From an uncultured Gemmatimonadales bacterium (GTDB lineage: Bacteria > Gemmatimonadota > Gemmatimonadetes > Gemmatimonadales > GWC2-71-9), in the NCBI GenBank assembly GCA_963771275.1, contig CAVYSW010000003.1, positions 384,001-448,000 of the forward strand: a stretch of DNA of 64,000 nt, read 5' to 3'. Under the pieces are notes generated by a model. That model was not told where the DNA came from and ran no database searches. It worked only from the letters and a program-made list of their open reading frames with translations. Position numbers and translations under genes: made by a program. This document shows, one piece after another, positions 19,932 to 30,900 of this stretch (positions are counted from its first letter, which is position 1; every line of letters begins with the position of its first letter).

Positions 19932-21429
19932 GTTCTACATCACGACGGCCATCGATTACGCGAACGGCGAGCCCCACCTCGGGCACGCCTTCGAGAAGAT
20001 CGGGGCCGACTGCATCGCCCGCTACCGGCGGCTGCGCGGTGACCATGTGCACTTCGTCATCGGCATGGACGAGCACGGGCAGAAGGTGGCGCAGGCGGCC
20101 GACGAAGCCGGCGTCGACCCGCAGCGGTGGGTCGATGGCATCGCCGCGCAGTTCGAGGCTGCCTGGCGCGAGCTGGCCATCAGCCACGACGATTTCATCC
20201 GCACGACCGAAGGCCGCCACGCTCACGCCGTCCAGGAGCTGTTCCGCCGGATTCGCGACCGCGGGTTCATTGCCGATGGCGTCTACCGCGGCTACTACTG
20301 CGTCGGCTGCGAGGCGTTCAAGCTCGAGAAGGATCTGGTCGAGGGCCGCTGCCCCATCCATCCCACACGCGAAATCTCCTGGGTCGAGGAGCCGAACTAC
20401 TTCTTCCCGCTGTCGCGCTTCGCCGGCTGGCTGCTCGAGCGGTTCGACGCCGCGCCACCGTTCGTCCGGCCGCCCGCCAAGCTCAACGAGATCCGCAACG
20501 TGGTCACGGACGGCCTGCAGGACATCTCGGTGAGCCGGTCGCGGGTTCCGTGGGGCATCCCCTGGCCCGACGACGCCTCCCATACGGTCTACGTCTGGTT
20601 CGAGGCCCTCACCAATTACCTGTCGGCGACCGGCTTCCCCGACGCGTCGTTCACCGACCTGTGGCCCGCCGACCTGCATATCATCGGACCGGACATCGTC
20701 CGGTTCCACGCGGCGCTCTGGCCCGCCATGCTCCACGCCGCCGGGCTGGAGCCGCCGCGCGGCATCTGGTGCCACGGCTGGGTCAACACGGCCGGCGCAC
20801 GGTTCTCCAAGAGCGCCGGCGTCAAGCTCACGCTGCGGGACGCGATCGACCGCCACGGCCCCGACGCGCTGCGCTATTTCCTGCTGCGCGAGGTGCCGTG
20901 GGACGGCGACGGCAGCTTCACCTGGGAGCGGTTCGACGCGCGCTACACCGCCGACCTCGCCGACGGCTACGGCAACCTCGTGAGCCGCGTGCTCGCCATG
21001 ATCGCGCGCTACGTGGACGGCGTCGTGCCGTCCCGACCGGCCGCCGTGTCCCTCGACGACGCCACCGACCAGGCATGGCGGCGCTACGTCGCGGCGATGG
21101 ACGACTACCTGCTGCACGAGGGCGCCGCCGAGGCCATGCAGCTCGTGACCGCCGCCAACGGGTTCATCGAGGCACAGGCGCCGTGGACGCTCGCCAAGAC
21201 GGGCGCGACCGATCGGCTCGCGGAAACGCTCAGCGCCCTGGCCGACACGCTCGCCACGATCACCGTGATGCTCGCGCCGTTCCTGCCCGGGAAGACGGCC
21301 GTGGTGTGGCAGGCGCTCGGCAGTGGGGAACCCGACGTGACACATGTCACCACGCAATTGCGGCGTTTGACGGGAAACCGCATCAGCAAGGTGGCGCCAC
21401 TGTTTCCCAAGCCTCGGACAGAATCGTAA
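19924..21429 (+). CDS. metG: methionine--tRNA ligase (short form, no C-terminal tRNA-binding domain)
   Basis: YITTAIDYANGEPHLGH, GMDEHGQK, CVGC/CPIH knuckle, WGIP, FSKS. Confidence 0.95.
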   Translation: MPKFYITTAIDYANGEPHLGHAFEKIGADCIARYRRLRGDHVHFVIGMDEHGQKVAQAADEAGVDPQRWVDGIAAQFEAAWRELAISHDDFIRTTEGRHAHAVQELFRRIRDRGFIADGVYRGYYCVGCEAFKLEKDLVEGRCPIHPTREISWVEEPNYFFPLSRFAGWLLERFDAAPPFVRPPAKLNEIRNVVTDGLQDISVSRSRVPWGIPWPDDASHTVYVWFEALTNYLSATGFPDASFTDLWPADLHIIGPDIVRFHAALWPAMLHAAGLEPPRGIWCHGWVNTAGARFSKSAGVKLTLRDAIDRHGPDALRYFLLREVPWDGDGSFTWERFDARYTADLADGYGNLVSRVLAMIARYVDGVVPSRPAAVSLDDATDQAWRRYVAAMDDYLLHEGAAEAMQLVTAANGFIEAQAPWTLAKTGATDRLAETLSALADTLATITVMLAPFLPGKTAVVWQALGSGEPDVTHVTTQLRRLTGNRISKVAPLFPKPRTES

Positions 21430-21468
21430 CCCATTACAAAACAATAACTTGGAAACACACGTCGAGGG

Positions 21469-21497
21469 TTGACACCCCCCGGCACGGGGGGTACTTT
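21469..21497 (+). promoter_or_regulatory. sigma70 promoter for the M23 peptidase gene
   Basis: TTGACA-17 nt-TACTTT with an AT-rich upstream tract. Confidence 0.7.
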
Positions 21498-21576
21498 AGG
21501 CTTCCCGTCGCGTCGGCCGGGATGGCACGGGACCCGGCCCTTGTATGCGTTCGCACCACAACCGTGTGAGGTCACC

Positions 21577-22509
21577 GTGGCATCCAACCGACGCTGGACC
21601 ATCCTCGTGGTGCCGCACGGCGCGCGGCAGTCGCGCAGCGTCGAGGTGTCGGCGCGCGCGCTCAAGTGGGGCGTCGGGGTCGGCGGGTTCCTCGGCGTAG
21701 CGCTGCTGGCCTTCGCCGTGGCCACCGTGACCAAGACCATCAACCTCACGCGCCTCGACCGGCTCGAGCGCACCAACCAGCTGCTCGGCCAGGAGCTGGA
21801 CCTGACACGCGGACAGATCATTCAGCTGCGCGACACGCTCGCCGCCGTGGCCGTGCGCGACCGCCAGGTGCGCCTCCTCGCGGGGCTCGAGCCCACCAAC
21901 GCCGACGTGCAGCTCGCCGGCATCGGCGGGCCCGTGGGTCAATGGACGGAACGCGAGCAGCTGCTCGCCGAGGGTGCCGAGGGCCGCACGGCGCTCGAGA
22001 TACGCGTCGACTTGGCGACCCTGCTCCGCCGGGCCAATCTGCTGGCGGGCTCGTTCGCGGACGCGGCAGAAAGCCTGGAAGTCCACACGGATCGGCTGCG
22101 CCGCACGCCCTCCATCATGCCCACCCACGGCTTCCTGAGCAGCCGGTTCGCGCTCGACCGCATTCACCCCATCTACCACGAGGCGCGCGCCCACGAGGGC
22201 ATCGACATCTCGGCGCCCATGGGGACGCCGATCCTCGCCTCCGCCGGCGGGCGCGTCGTCGAGGTCGGGACGGAAGCCGGCTACGGCCGCATCGTCTCAC
22301 TCGACCACGGCGACGGCGTCGTGACGCGCTACGCGCACCTCTCCAAGGCGCTCGTGCAGCTCGGCCAGCGCGTCAAGCGGGGCCAGGAGATCGCCCTGGT
22401 GGGGAACTCCGGCATCACGACCGCTCCGCACCTCCACTACGAGGTGATCGTGAGCGGGAAGCACCAGGATCCGCTCAAGTTCATCTTCCCCGAGACGATC
22501 GTGGATTGA
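21577..22509 (+). CDS. M23 family metallopeptidase
   Basis: TM helix, coiled coil, HEGID and HLHYEV zinc motifs; GTG start after GAGG. Confidence 0.92.
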   Translation: MASNRRWTILVVPHGARQSRSVEVSARALKWGVGVGGFLGVALLAFAVATVTKTINLTRLDRLERTNQLLGQELDLTRGQIIQLRDTLAAVAVRDRQVRLLAGLEPTNADVQLAGIGGPVGQWTEREQLLAEGAEGRTALEIRVDLATLLRRANLLAGSFADAAESLEVHTDRLRRTPSIMPTHGFLSSRFALDRIHPIYHEARAHEGIDISAPMGTPILASAGGRVVEVGTEAGYGRIVSLDHGDGVVTRYAHLSKALVQLGQRVKRGQEIALVGNSGITTAPHLHYEVIVSGKHQDPLKFIFPETIVD

Positions 22510-23267
22510 TCGCGCTCCGCCGCCCGACAATCCATCTCGCGGGCCTGCTGGCGCTCGGCTGCTCCGGCCGGGCGGTGCCGATTGACGTGCGGGCGTCCCT
22601 GCCCGACTCCACGCCCCTGCCCGGCGTCGAGATCACTGCCTGGCCGTACGATCCCGAGCGGCTGCTGGACTCACTCGCCGCCACCGACACGGTGCCGCCC
22701 CCCGATTTCTCCGCCCTGGAGGCTGAGCTGCTCGGCTTCACGCGCCCGCTGCTCGTCCCGGACGATTCCACCGACCGCGCGTGGCAGGCCACCCGTGACA
22801 CCGTCCGGCGCCTCGGCGACTCGCTCCGCCGGGTGGATCGCCGGTCGCCGGGGTACGCCGCGGCCTACGGTCGCTTCCGGCAGCTCTACCGGCGCCTGAT
22901 GGAGCGCTCCGGCGCGCGTGACGCCGTGCTCCGGTCACTCACGGCCGATGTCCGCAACCTGGCCGAGTGGGCAGGCCGGGCCGCGGACTCGCTCCGCGCG
23001 TGGGAGCGAACAGCCTACGCGGCCTTCGACAGCCTGTCGGCGGCGGCCGTGCGCGCCAGCGGCCGGAGCCCAATTGCGCAGGAAACCGATGCCGAAGGGT
23101 GGGCACGACTCGAACTCCCTCCTGGGACGTGGCATCTGACCCTCACCGTCCCGAGCCCCGAGAACCCCTTCCTCGAATACGCGTGGGACCTGCCTGTGAC
23201 CGTTTCCGCGTTCCCCCTTCGCGTGCCGGTCACGGACGCTAACGCCAGGCTCCGCTGGCGACACTGA
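22506..23267 (+). CDS. hypothetical lipoprotein
   Basis: TTG overlaps the M23 stop; lipobox LALGC; C-terminal half of ORF 21666..23267. Confidence 0.65.
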   Translation: MIALRRPTIHLAGLLALGCSGRAVPIDVRASLPDSTPLPGVEITAWPYDPERLLDSLAATDTVPPPDFSALEAELLGFTRPLLVPDDSTDRAWQATRDTVRRLGDSLRRVDRRSPGYAAAYGRFRQLYRRLMERSGARDAVLRSLTADVRNLAEWAGRAADSLRAWERTAYAAFDSLSAAAVRASGRSPIAQETDAEGWARLELPPGTWHLTLTVPSPENPFLEYAWDLPVTVSAFPLRVPVTDANARLRWRH

Positions 23268-23315
23268 ACTCGCGCACCGGACGGCTGGGCGCGCCGGAGG
23301 CCTTCCTCCTGAAAC

Positions 23316-23351
23316 GCGGTGCCCCGGGGCCTTCGAGCCCCGGGGCACCGC
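23316..23351. terminator. hairpin terminator between convergent operons
   Basis: GCGGTGCCCCGGGGC-CTTCGA-GCCCCGGGGCACCGC perfect 15-bp stem. Confidence 0.75.
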
Positions 23352-23377
23352 TTCTCGCAAAAGGTCGGACCGGTCTA

Positions 23378-24748
23378 CTACTTCTTGGTGACCTTGACCT
23401 TGATGTTGTTGATGCCGGCGCCCGCCGTCCACGGCGAGAAAATGATGAAATAGTCCGTGTTCGCTTGCAGGACCACATTCACCGCGCCCAGCTCGTCCAG
23501 CGTGTTGCTCGAGACACCCGCGCCGGGACATTCCGAGTAGTCCGTCGCACAGACGTAGATGTCGTTGTCCCCGCTCACACCCCAGGTGGCAGCGACGTCG
23601 ATCACTTCGGCGGTGGATCCTGTTGTGTAGACGATGTAGTGGTCGTAGCCGGTGGGCGTCCCCGAGTTCTGACACCCCCGCGTGCCCTGCGTGCTGCCTC
23701 TGTGTACCAGGTACACCGCGTTCCCCGGCGACTTGACCGTGGCGAAGTCCGGCGGGGAGGGCGGATCGCTGCAGTCGTTGGTGATGTTGCCCGGCTGGTA
23801 CTGGTCCCTGTCGGCAACGGTCGGCCTGATGGTCCCCGCGGTCTGCTGCAGTTGCCCGGTTCCTATGTTGCTGAAGCTGAGCGCCGCCGCTGTCGTTGCG
23901 CCGGTTGCGGGAAGGGCGAACAGCACTTCCTCACCACCGAGATCCGGCCGGCCAAACACGACCGGACGCACGTAGTCCACCCCCAGGGTCGCGCTCCCGA
24001 GCCTCACTTGCGTGTCGCTGTCCCAGTATGGACCGTCCGCCGCCCGCGTCGCCCTGATCAGCGTGCCCGGCGCCGCCGCGGTGTCCGAGATGGTGCCCGT
24101 GAACACGCTGGCCCTTACGAGAACGGACTTTCGGGCGTCGGCACCGCCCGCCACTTGGACCTGCACCAGGACGGTGCCGGGGGTTCGACCAGTGGCCTCC
24201 GCCGTGTCCGCGCTCAGCGGCCCGATCACCGCCGTCGTACGACTAGACGTACTCCACGTCACGGGTACGGAGCCCGTGAGGGTGTCACCGGCGGCATCGA
24301 GGAACGTGACGGCATAGTTTCCCGTGAAGCCCGAGAACAGGGTGTCTGGCCCGGACACCACGACACCGTTGGGTCCCACGACAACCGGAATCGTGTCGGG
24401 AGTGAGCCCGGCGGTCTGGGCGACCACGCATGAAGTGCCCATGCCGGCGCCCTTGACGAACGCCGTCGTGGTCCAATCCAAGTTGGATGACCCACTGGTG
24501 ACCGTCGCGACGCCAGCGTCACACGTCGTCAGCGTGACCGCGGCGTCCGTAAGGTTGCCGACCGCGTCCTCGGCCCGCGTGCCGATAGTGGCGGAATCAC
24601 CGATGACCGTCGTTATACTGCTGTTCGAGATCCTCAATTGGGTCGCCGGGCCCGGCGGTCCCCCGATGTAGAGCGCCGGCTCTTTCGAGCAGCCCTGGGT
24701 AGCCACGAGCACCACGGCCCCCAAGATCAGAGCGCATTGCCGCTTCAT
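23378..24748 (-). CDS. hypothetical lipoprotein with Ig-like domains and a PPC-like C-terminal beta-sandwich
   Basis: ATG 24748 after GGAGG; lipobox-like TQGC; Thr/Gly/Val-rich; DNDIYV motif. Confidence 0.75.
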   Translation of the reverse strand: MKRQCALILGAVVLVATQGCSKEPALYIGGPPGPATQLRISNSSITTVIGDSATIGTRAEDAVGNLTDAAVTLTTCDAGVATVTSGSSNLDWTTTAFVKGAGMGTSCVVAQTAGLTPDTIPVVVGPNGVVVSGPDTLFSGFTGNYAVTFLDAAGDTLTGSVPVTWSTSSRTTAVIGPLSADTAEATGRTPGTVLVQVQVAGGADARKSVLVRASVFTGTISDTAAAPGTLIRATRAADGPYWDSDTQVRLGSATLGVDYVRPVVFGRPDLGGEEVLFALPATGATTAAALSFSNIGTGQLQQTAGTIRPTVADRDQYQPGNITNDCSDPPSPPDFATVKSPGNAVYLVHRGSTQGTRGCQNSGTPTGYDHYIVYTTGSTAEVIDVAATWGVSGDNDIYVCATDYSECPGAGVSSNTLDELGAVNVVLQANTDYFIIFSPWTAGAGINNIKVKVTKK

Positions 24749-24803
24749 ATCGTGCAAGCTCCTCCGCCCGGCGTTGGCGTCCGGGCGCGTGCAGGTTCGC
24801 ATC

Positions 24804-26141
24804 TCACTGGACCTCGCTCGGCACATCTCCGGCCAGGGAAACGGACTTCTTCGGCCCAGGGGCGACTCCTGCCTTGGGCTCCAGCTTGAGCTGGAATCGC
24901 GCCAACCCCTTGAAGGTGTCGGTCGCCGGGAGATTCATGGCGTTCTGGCAATTGTTGACGGCGGAGCCCGCTGCGCAGTTCCGCACCTGGGCGGCCCGGA
25001 TGTCTACCCCGGAGATCCCGGGAAGCGTCGGGTCCACGTCGGCGTTGTACAGGCTGACGCGGCTGATCGTCGTGTCCCTGCTCCATGCCGACCGCAGCGT
25101 GTCCACCACCACGCCACTGCCCCACGCGTCCACGAGATAGCCCCGATAGAAGAAGCCGATCGGCGGCCGGGCGACTTCCCGGAAATCCACCGAAAGCTCC
25201 GCGCCCCGGGCCCCACCCAGCCCCGAGCCCCTCGGACCGAACACATAGTCGTTCGGCGAGGCGGCGAGCACCACGTCGAGACCGCCGTAGTTGCCCATCG
25301 TGAGCGCACCGCTGCCCGTGAGCACGCGCCGCGCATAGCGGGTGACCACGAGGGTGTCGGGAACTGGATCCCCCCCCCCCGGTGGATTGGTGGACACGCG
25401 CACCGTATCCGCCCTGAGAATCACGTCCGCGGTGGTCGCTCCACCCGTGGCAATCCCGACCCTGCGCCAGAGGAACTTGACGTTGCTCGGCGTGGTGGCC
25501 GGGCCCGACTCGATCGTCACGAGCAGCGCGTTGACGGCGTTGTCGCTGAACGGATTGACGGTGTTCGCCGGATCCGACGGGATGATGCGGAACGCAACCG
25601 AGTCCACCAACGGGTCGTCACTGCCGACATACGTGCCCGACCCGGATGCCGCGACTGGCACGCTGTCGCGCGCGAACAGCGAGTCGCCCGTGATCGGGTC
25701 CAGCTGGGTAAAGTAATGCGTGTACTCCGTCACCCGCCCGTACACGGGGGTGATGGTCCCGTCCGGGCCATGCGCCCAGACCTGGTACACGGCGCCCCCG
25801 CCAAGCGCCCGGAGCGTCGCCACCATCACGACGGCCGCCGAGTCCGTGGCGGTGGTGTCCTGCGTGCGGGGTGGCCCGGACGGAGCGGTAATCACCGTGT
25901 CGAAGAGCACCGCGCCGGTCGCGTTGTAGTAGACCCGGTGAGTCTGCACCAGGGTGCGCACCAGGTCTCGATCGGCGTGGCCGCCCGGGAGTCCGAGGGC
26001 CGCGGACCCGACGGGAAAATCGAACGCCCGCGGGCCCACGAGGTCCGTGATCTCAGTGAGCTTGGATTCGCAGGCCGCGAACACACAGCTGGCCAGGAGG
26101 GCGTAACCGGCCGCTCGGCCAAGGTTTACTCGGCTGCTCAT
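24804..26141 (-). CDS. hypothetical lipoprotein
   Basis: lipobox FAAC; overlaps the upstream stop; contains a G11 tract. Confidence 0.75.
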   Translation of the reverse strand: MSSRVNLGRAAGYALLASCVFAACESKLTEITDLVGPRAFDFPVGSAALGLPGGHADRDLVRTLVQTHRVYYNATGAVLFDTVITAPSGPPRTQDTTATDSAAVVMVATLRALGGGAVYQVWAHGPDGTITPVYGRVTEYTHYFTQLDPITGDSLFARDSVPVAASGSGTYVGSDDPLVDSVAFRIIPSDPANTVNPFSDNAVNALLVTIESGPATTPSNVKFLWRRVGIATGGATTADVILRADTVRVSTNPPGGGDPVPDTLVVTRYARRVLTGSGALTMGNYGGLDVVLAASPNDYVFGPRGSGLGGARGAELSVDFREVARPPIGFFYRGYLVDAWGSGVVVDTLRSAWSRDTTISRVSLYNADVDPTLPGISGVDIRAAQVRNCAAGSAVNNCQNAMNLPATDTFKGLARFQLKLEPKAGVAPGPKKSVSLAGDVPSEVQ

Positions 26142-26809
26142 CGGCCACCTCCCGGCGTGAAGATGAACGAGATGGCGGCGTAGATGTTGTGCGCCGTGCC
26201 GCTGAATTCCGGCTGAATGGGAATGACGTCGGGGAACCGCACCGGGCGGAACCGCGGCTCCACCGGATTGATGCTCTCGCGCGTAAAGTTGGGGTAGATC
26301 AGATCCTGGACTTCCAGGGTCACGCTCGTCCCGCCACCCGCGCGCAACCGGATCCCGCCGCCCGCCGTGAACATCCAGTCGGACACCGTGATCCTGCCGT
26401 GCGCCGCCTGCGGATCGAGGGTGATCGAGCGCCCCCCGCCACCACCCCTCGCGAACACGCTCAGCGCTCCCCCGGTCTCGAACTGCGCCTGCACCCCGTA
26501 CTGCAGCACGGTGAGCGGCTGGCTGACCGCCAGGATCATCGTGGTGTCGTCGCCGAACGTCATCTCGGCGGGGAAGTACTTGCCATCCGTGCCCGGCCGC
26601 GCGACGTCGAACCGCACGCCGAGGCCCAAGCGCGAGGAAACCCTATAGGTGGCGTCCACACCGAGCATCGCCGCGTTCTTCATCCCCGTCTCCGCTTTCC
26701 ACTTCACGTAGCCGAGGCGCGGGCCGATCTCGAATTGCTGGGCCGCCACGGGGCCCGCCGCCAGCGCGACGAGTCCCAAGCCCACTACGAGTCGTCGGTA
26801 CATGCACAT
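26138..26809 (-). CDS. small outer membrane beta-barrel protein
   Basis: signal peptide ending VAA-QQ, alternating amphipathic strands, C-terminal ISFIF. Confidence 0.7.
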   Translation of the reverse strand: MCMYRRLVVGLGLVALAAGPVAAQQFEIGPRLGYVKWKAETGMKNAAMLGVDATYRVSSRLGLGVRFDVARPGTDGKYFPAEMTFGDDTTMILAVSQPLTVLQYGVQAQFETGGALSVFARGGGGGRSITLDPQAAHGRITVSDWMFTAGGGIRLRAGGGTSVTLEVQDLIYPNFTRESINPVEPRFRPVRFPDVIPIQPEFSGTAHNIYAAISFIFTPGGGR

Positions 26810-26819
26810 TCTCCCCGCG

Positions 26820-26856
26820 GGCGGGGGTGCCGGGCATCGTGCCCGGCACCCCCGCC
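26820..26856. other. intra-operon 17-bp perfect hairpin without U-tract
   Basis: GGCGGGGGTGCCGGGCA-TCG-TGCCCGGCACCCCCGCC. Confidence 0.7.
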
Positions 26857-26863
26857 ACGCCCG

Positions 26864-27964
26864 TTATTGGCTTCCGCCGAGTTCGAACGAGAACGCGTGC
26901 ACGTTCTGGAGCTCACCCATGTTCGTGTACGCGTAGTCGAAGGACAGCCAGCTCCCGAACACCGGCAGGCGAAGCCCGCCGCCGAACGACAGCGCGTGGC
27001 TGAAGGACCGGAAATCTGAGTGCGCCTCGTTCACGAACTTCTTCCCCGCCCGCAGGAAGATCAGGTGGTTGAAGCTGTACTCGCCACCCACGGACATCTG
27101 GATGTCGGTATCCACCGCGTCGTTGAGCTCGGCCGCGATTTTGAGGTCGTGCTTGCCGCCCGGCGTCACCAGCGCGTCGGGGCCACCCATCAGGTTGGAC
27201 ACCACCGCGAACCGGAACGTCGTCGGCAGCGTGTACCCGGTGGTCTTGTAGCGGATCGGGACGCCGAACGGGAAGGCCTGGTCCGTGTTGATCCGGGCCG
27301 TGATCACCCCGCCCTCATACCGCGCCGACGGGCCGATGTTGGCGAGCGTCGCCGCGATCGTGACCCCGTACAGCCCGGTGTTGAACAGCGTGCCGAAGTC
27401 CAGGCCCCACCAGTTGATGCTGGCCTGGGAGATGCCTTCGCTGATCACGCGACCCGTGAACCCGACCTGGAGGCGGTCCGTCAGGCGCCGGCCGTAATGC
27501 AGGCCGATCGCCTTGGACGTGAACGTGAAGAACTCGCCCGCCGCCTGACTCCCGCCGCCCGGGTTTGATTCGTCCGTGCGCGGAATGTCGCCGGAGTTGA
27601 GTCCGATGTATGACACGCCGACGGCGCCGCCGAACATCGGCAGGACGGCCGCGGCGAAGTCGTGCCGCAGCCCGAGATCGCCGTACAGGTCGAGGCGCGT
27701 GAACGCAACGGTGAACCGGTCCACGCTCCCCAGACCGGCGGGGTTCCAGAACGTCGCGGTCGCGCCGGAGGCAAGGCCGGTATACGCCTCACCCATGGCG
27801 CGCCCGCGGGCGCCCACCCCGATCTCGAGGAAGTTCGCGCCGCGCTGCGCGACGCGGGTCGTCCCCTCGGTCGGGAGGGGCAGCAAGAACGTGCCGGTCC
27901 GCTGCGCCGCAAGCACATCGGGCAGCAGCAGGAGCGCGGCAACGAGCATCGTAGGCTTATGCAT
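26864..27964 (-). CDS. PorV/PorQ family outer membrane protein
   Basis: ANFLEIGVGARGRAMGEAY...FWNPAGL, LPTTFRF, C-terminal FDYAY...HAFSF. Confidence 0.85.
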   Translation of the reverse strand: MHKPTMLVAALLLLPDVLAAQRTGTFLLPLPTEGTTRVAQRGANFLEIGVGARGRAMGEAYTGLASGATATFWNPAGLGSVDRFTVAFTRLDLYGDLGLRHDFAAAVLPMFGGAVGVSYIGLNSGDIPRTDESNPGGGSQAAGEFFTFTSKAIGLHYGRRLTDRLQVGFTGRVISEGISQASINWWGLDFGTLFNTGLYGVTIAATLANIGPSARYEGGVITARINTDQAFPFGVPIRYKTTGYTLPTTFRFAVVSNLMGGPDALVTPGGKHDLKIAAELNDAVDTDIQMSVGGEYSFNHLIFLRAGKKFVNEAHSDFRSFSHALSFGGGLRLPVFGSWLSFDYAYTNMGELQNVHAFSFELGGSQ

Positions 27965-27981
27965 GTGGTCTCTCCTTTCCC

Positions 27982-30900
27982 TTACTGCGCGTCGCCGCGG
28001 ATGACCACGAACTTGCCGCGTGCCCGGAGCGCTGCGCTGGCCGGGTTGTTTGGGTCGCTGGGCGCGGTCAACACCCAGAGGTAGAGCCCGCTGGCGATGT
28101 CGATCCCTTCACGGGTCTTGAGATCCCAGAACAGGTCGCCGTCGCCGAGCAGATCGGCAGGCTCCCACGTGATCTGCTGCACCAGCTGCCCCGCCACGGT
28201 GTAGATCCGCATCGTTCCGCGCGAAGGCACGTTGGTGAACAGCAGGCGCGAGTTCGTCACGTTCGCCTGGTACGCCGAGAAGATCACGAACGGGTTCGGC
28301 ACCACTCTGATCAGCGCCAGCGCCGAGTCCGTGATCGCGGTGATCTGGTCCCCCGTCACGGCCGCGTTCACGGTGAACGCGTACTCGGTCGTGGGCGTGA
28401 AGCCCAGGTAGTAGCCGAATCGGGTCTTGTCGCCGTTGCGCATCGGGTCGTAGCCCGTGGCCCCGGGCGTCGCCAGCGGCACCGGATTGCACGATTCGCG
28501 GATCTGATCGCAACCCAGCACTGCTTTCGAAAACGTCATGGCCCGTCGCGTGCGCTGCACCGGCTGCCCAGTGGCATCCAGCACCAGCCCATGCGGGGTC
28601 GTCGAGTCTTCCACGATGTCCTCGATGAAGTACAGCGCGTCGCCGGGCACCCACACGTCTGCCGGCACCGCCACCGAAATCGTGTCCTGGACGCTCCCCA
28701 GCACTACTCGGCTCAACAGTCGTCGCACCATCGCGACCTCGACCGGCCGGTCGAACGTCCTGTTCTGGATGGTGAACGGCAGCTTCACCGCCACGAGCTC
28801 GGCCTGCGCGACGCCCAGGAGATCCGCCGTCGTCTGATCCGTGAGGCCCGTCGACCCCACCGCCCGGGCCTCCAGCGCCGCCTGGACCTCGGCCTGCGTT
28901 GTCGCCGGGTTAACCAGGTCCAGCACGAACCCCCGCTGCGCTCCGTACGGATCGTCCACCCAGGAGACCTCGTAGTTCCCGCCCCCGTCGATTGCCCGGG
29001 TGGACGAGGCTTCCCGCCACTGCACCATGTTGGCGTTCACCCTGCCCCGCGGCACGATCGTGTCCGACGCGAACAGCTTGAGCTCCGCGCGCGATTCCTC
29101 GCCCCGGTACTGCGACTCGGGGCCCGGGCAGGACACAAAGTTCGTCGGGCAGGTGGTGATGTTGATGTTCCCCTTCACCGAGTTGTCGGCGTTGATCGTG
29201 AAGCCCGGATACTGCGCCCGGCCAAACAGCGTCGTGGGCGTCGCCTTGTCGGCCGTCAGGGTCGTGCTGCCGAATACCGGCGTCCCGTTCACCTCCGCCA
29301 GCACGAAGGCCAGCCCGGTGTCCGGAGCGGTCCGGCCGTACAGCGTCGCCATGCGGGTCGTGTCACTCGTTACCGTCGACCCGAGGTTTCCCACGGCGGT
29401 CCCCGTCACCAGGAACACTTCCGGCCCGGTGTAGGTGAACGACTCCCGGCGGATGACCGAATCCACGCTGGCGCCGGCCACGTCCACCGTGTCGCGGCGT
29501 TGGATGGTCACGAGCGACCGGAACGCCTGGTGGGTTGCGGTGTTGGAATCCCGCTCCACCAGGATCTCGGTCCCGAACACCGCGCGGTACGACTGGGTCG
29601 CCACGTTCTCGCTCAGGCTCAGCGTGAACGGCACCGTCGAAATCGGCGCCGCCGTCGTGTCCGCCCAGGCGGACTGGAAGCCGGCCGGATGGCTCGCCGG
29701 CACGAAGACCGACACCACGTTCGGGTCCGAGGTCGAGCGCGACAGCGAGTTGGCGATGGCTGGCTCAAACGTGTACGAGATCGGCGCGTCGCTGAGGGTA
29801 TCCGCCTTCAGCAGCAACGTGACGCCGCGCGACCGCCCGACGATGGCGTACAGATACGTGCGGCCGCCGTCCACGTTCCCGTCCGAGAACACGTTGGGGA
29901 TGTCCCCCTTGTTGGCGTCCACGTCGAAGATCGAGTACGGCCGCCACCCGAACCCACTGCTCGCGGTGTCGGTGACCTGGGTCGGGTCGCCGTCGCAGTC
30001 GCCGTCGGCGGTCCAGGAAGTGCCGCCGTTGCACGACTTGTAGATCTCGAGCCGCCGCAGGTTGTGCCGCGCCAGCGATCGGAGCGAATCCGCCAGCCAA
30101 GGATTCGCCGTGCGGAGCTGCCCATACAGGGCGGTCGGCGGCGCGGCATCGATGTCGTCCGCCGTCTTCGCCAGGAACGCGTCGACCCACACTTCGGGAG
30201 CGTCGGAGAAGAAGATCCGGACCGACGGGTTGGCCGAGCCGAATTGATCGGTGCCGGCAACCAGCTGCGTCGAAACCACGTCCACCGGGGGCGGGGCGTC
30301 CGGCGCCAGGAAGAAGCTCATGTACAGGTCGCTGACAGCCTTGACCTGCGACCAGAACGCCGTCGAGTCACCGTCCCCCACCATGGCATAGATCAGCGAC
30401 GTGGTGTCGCCCGCCGCCAGCTTGAACGGCCCGAACGACTGGAGCCCACCGATGTTCCCCCGGCGGTTGATCCACCCGCCCGGCATCGTGTCCGAATCCA
30501 CCCCCGCGCAGCCCAGCCGGCCGCAGGTGTTGAGCGCCAGTGTGTCCGGGATGCCGTCGTGGTTGTAGTCCCACGCCGGGGTCGCCGGCGGCACGTACTT
30601 GTTGTAGTGCACCTTGTTGCTGGTCCAGTCCTCGCTCCGGAACACCGTCCACAGCGTGCGGTCGGGCTGCGAATTGGGGTCGCGGCCGTCGTTCGTGAGG
30701 TTCTCGTCGGCCGCCACGTAGCCGAACGTGGCCTTGGCCCCGGTGGCGAACGTATAGTTGTAAGCGTTCGCGTAGTCCCCGAAGCCCTGGCGGTTGAACG
30801 TGATCGTGTCGCCCGCCAGCGGGTGCCCCGGCCGGCAGAACTTATCCACGCCCACCGTGCACGGCGTTCCGGCCAGCGTCCGGGTGAACAGCTTGTTCCG

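Noticed and set aside
21666..23267. 533-aa ORF as a single gene
   Set aside because: The first 280 codons overlap the M23 gene out of frame; only the part from TTG 22506 looks like protein.
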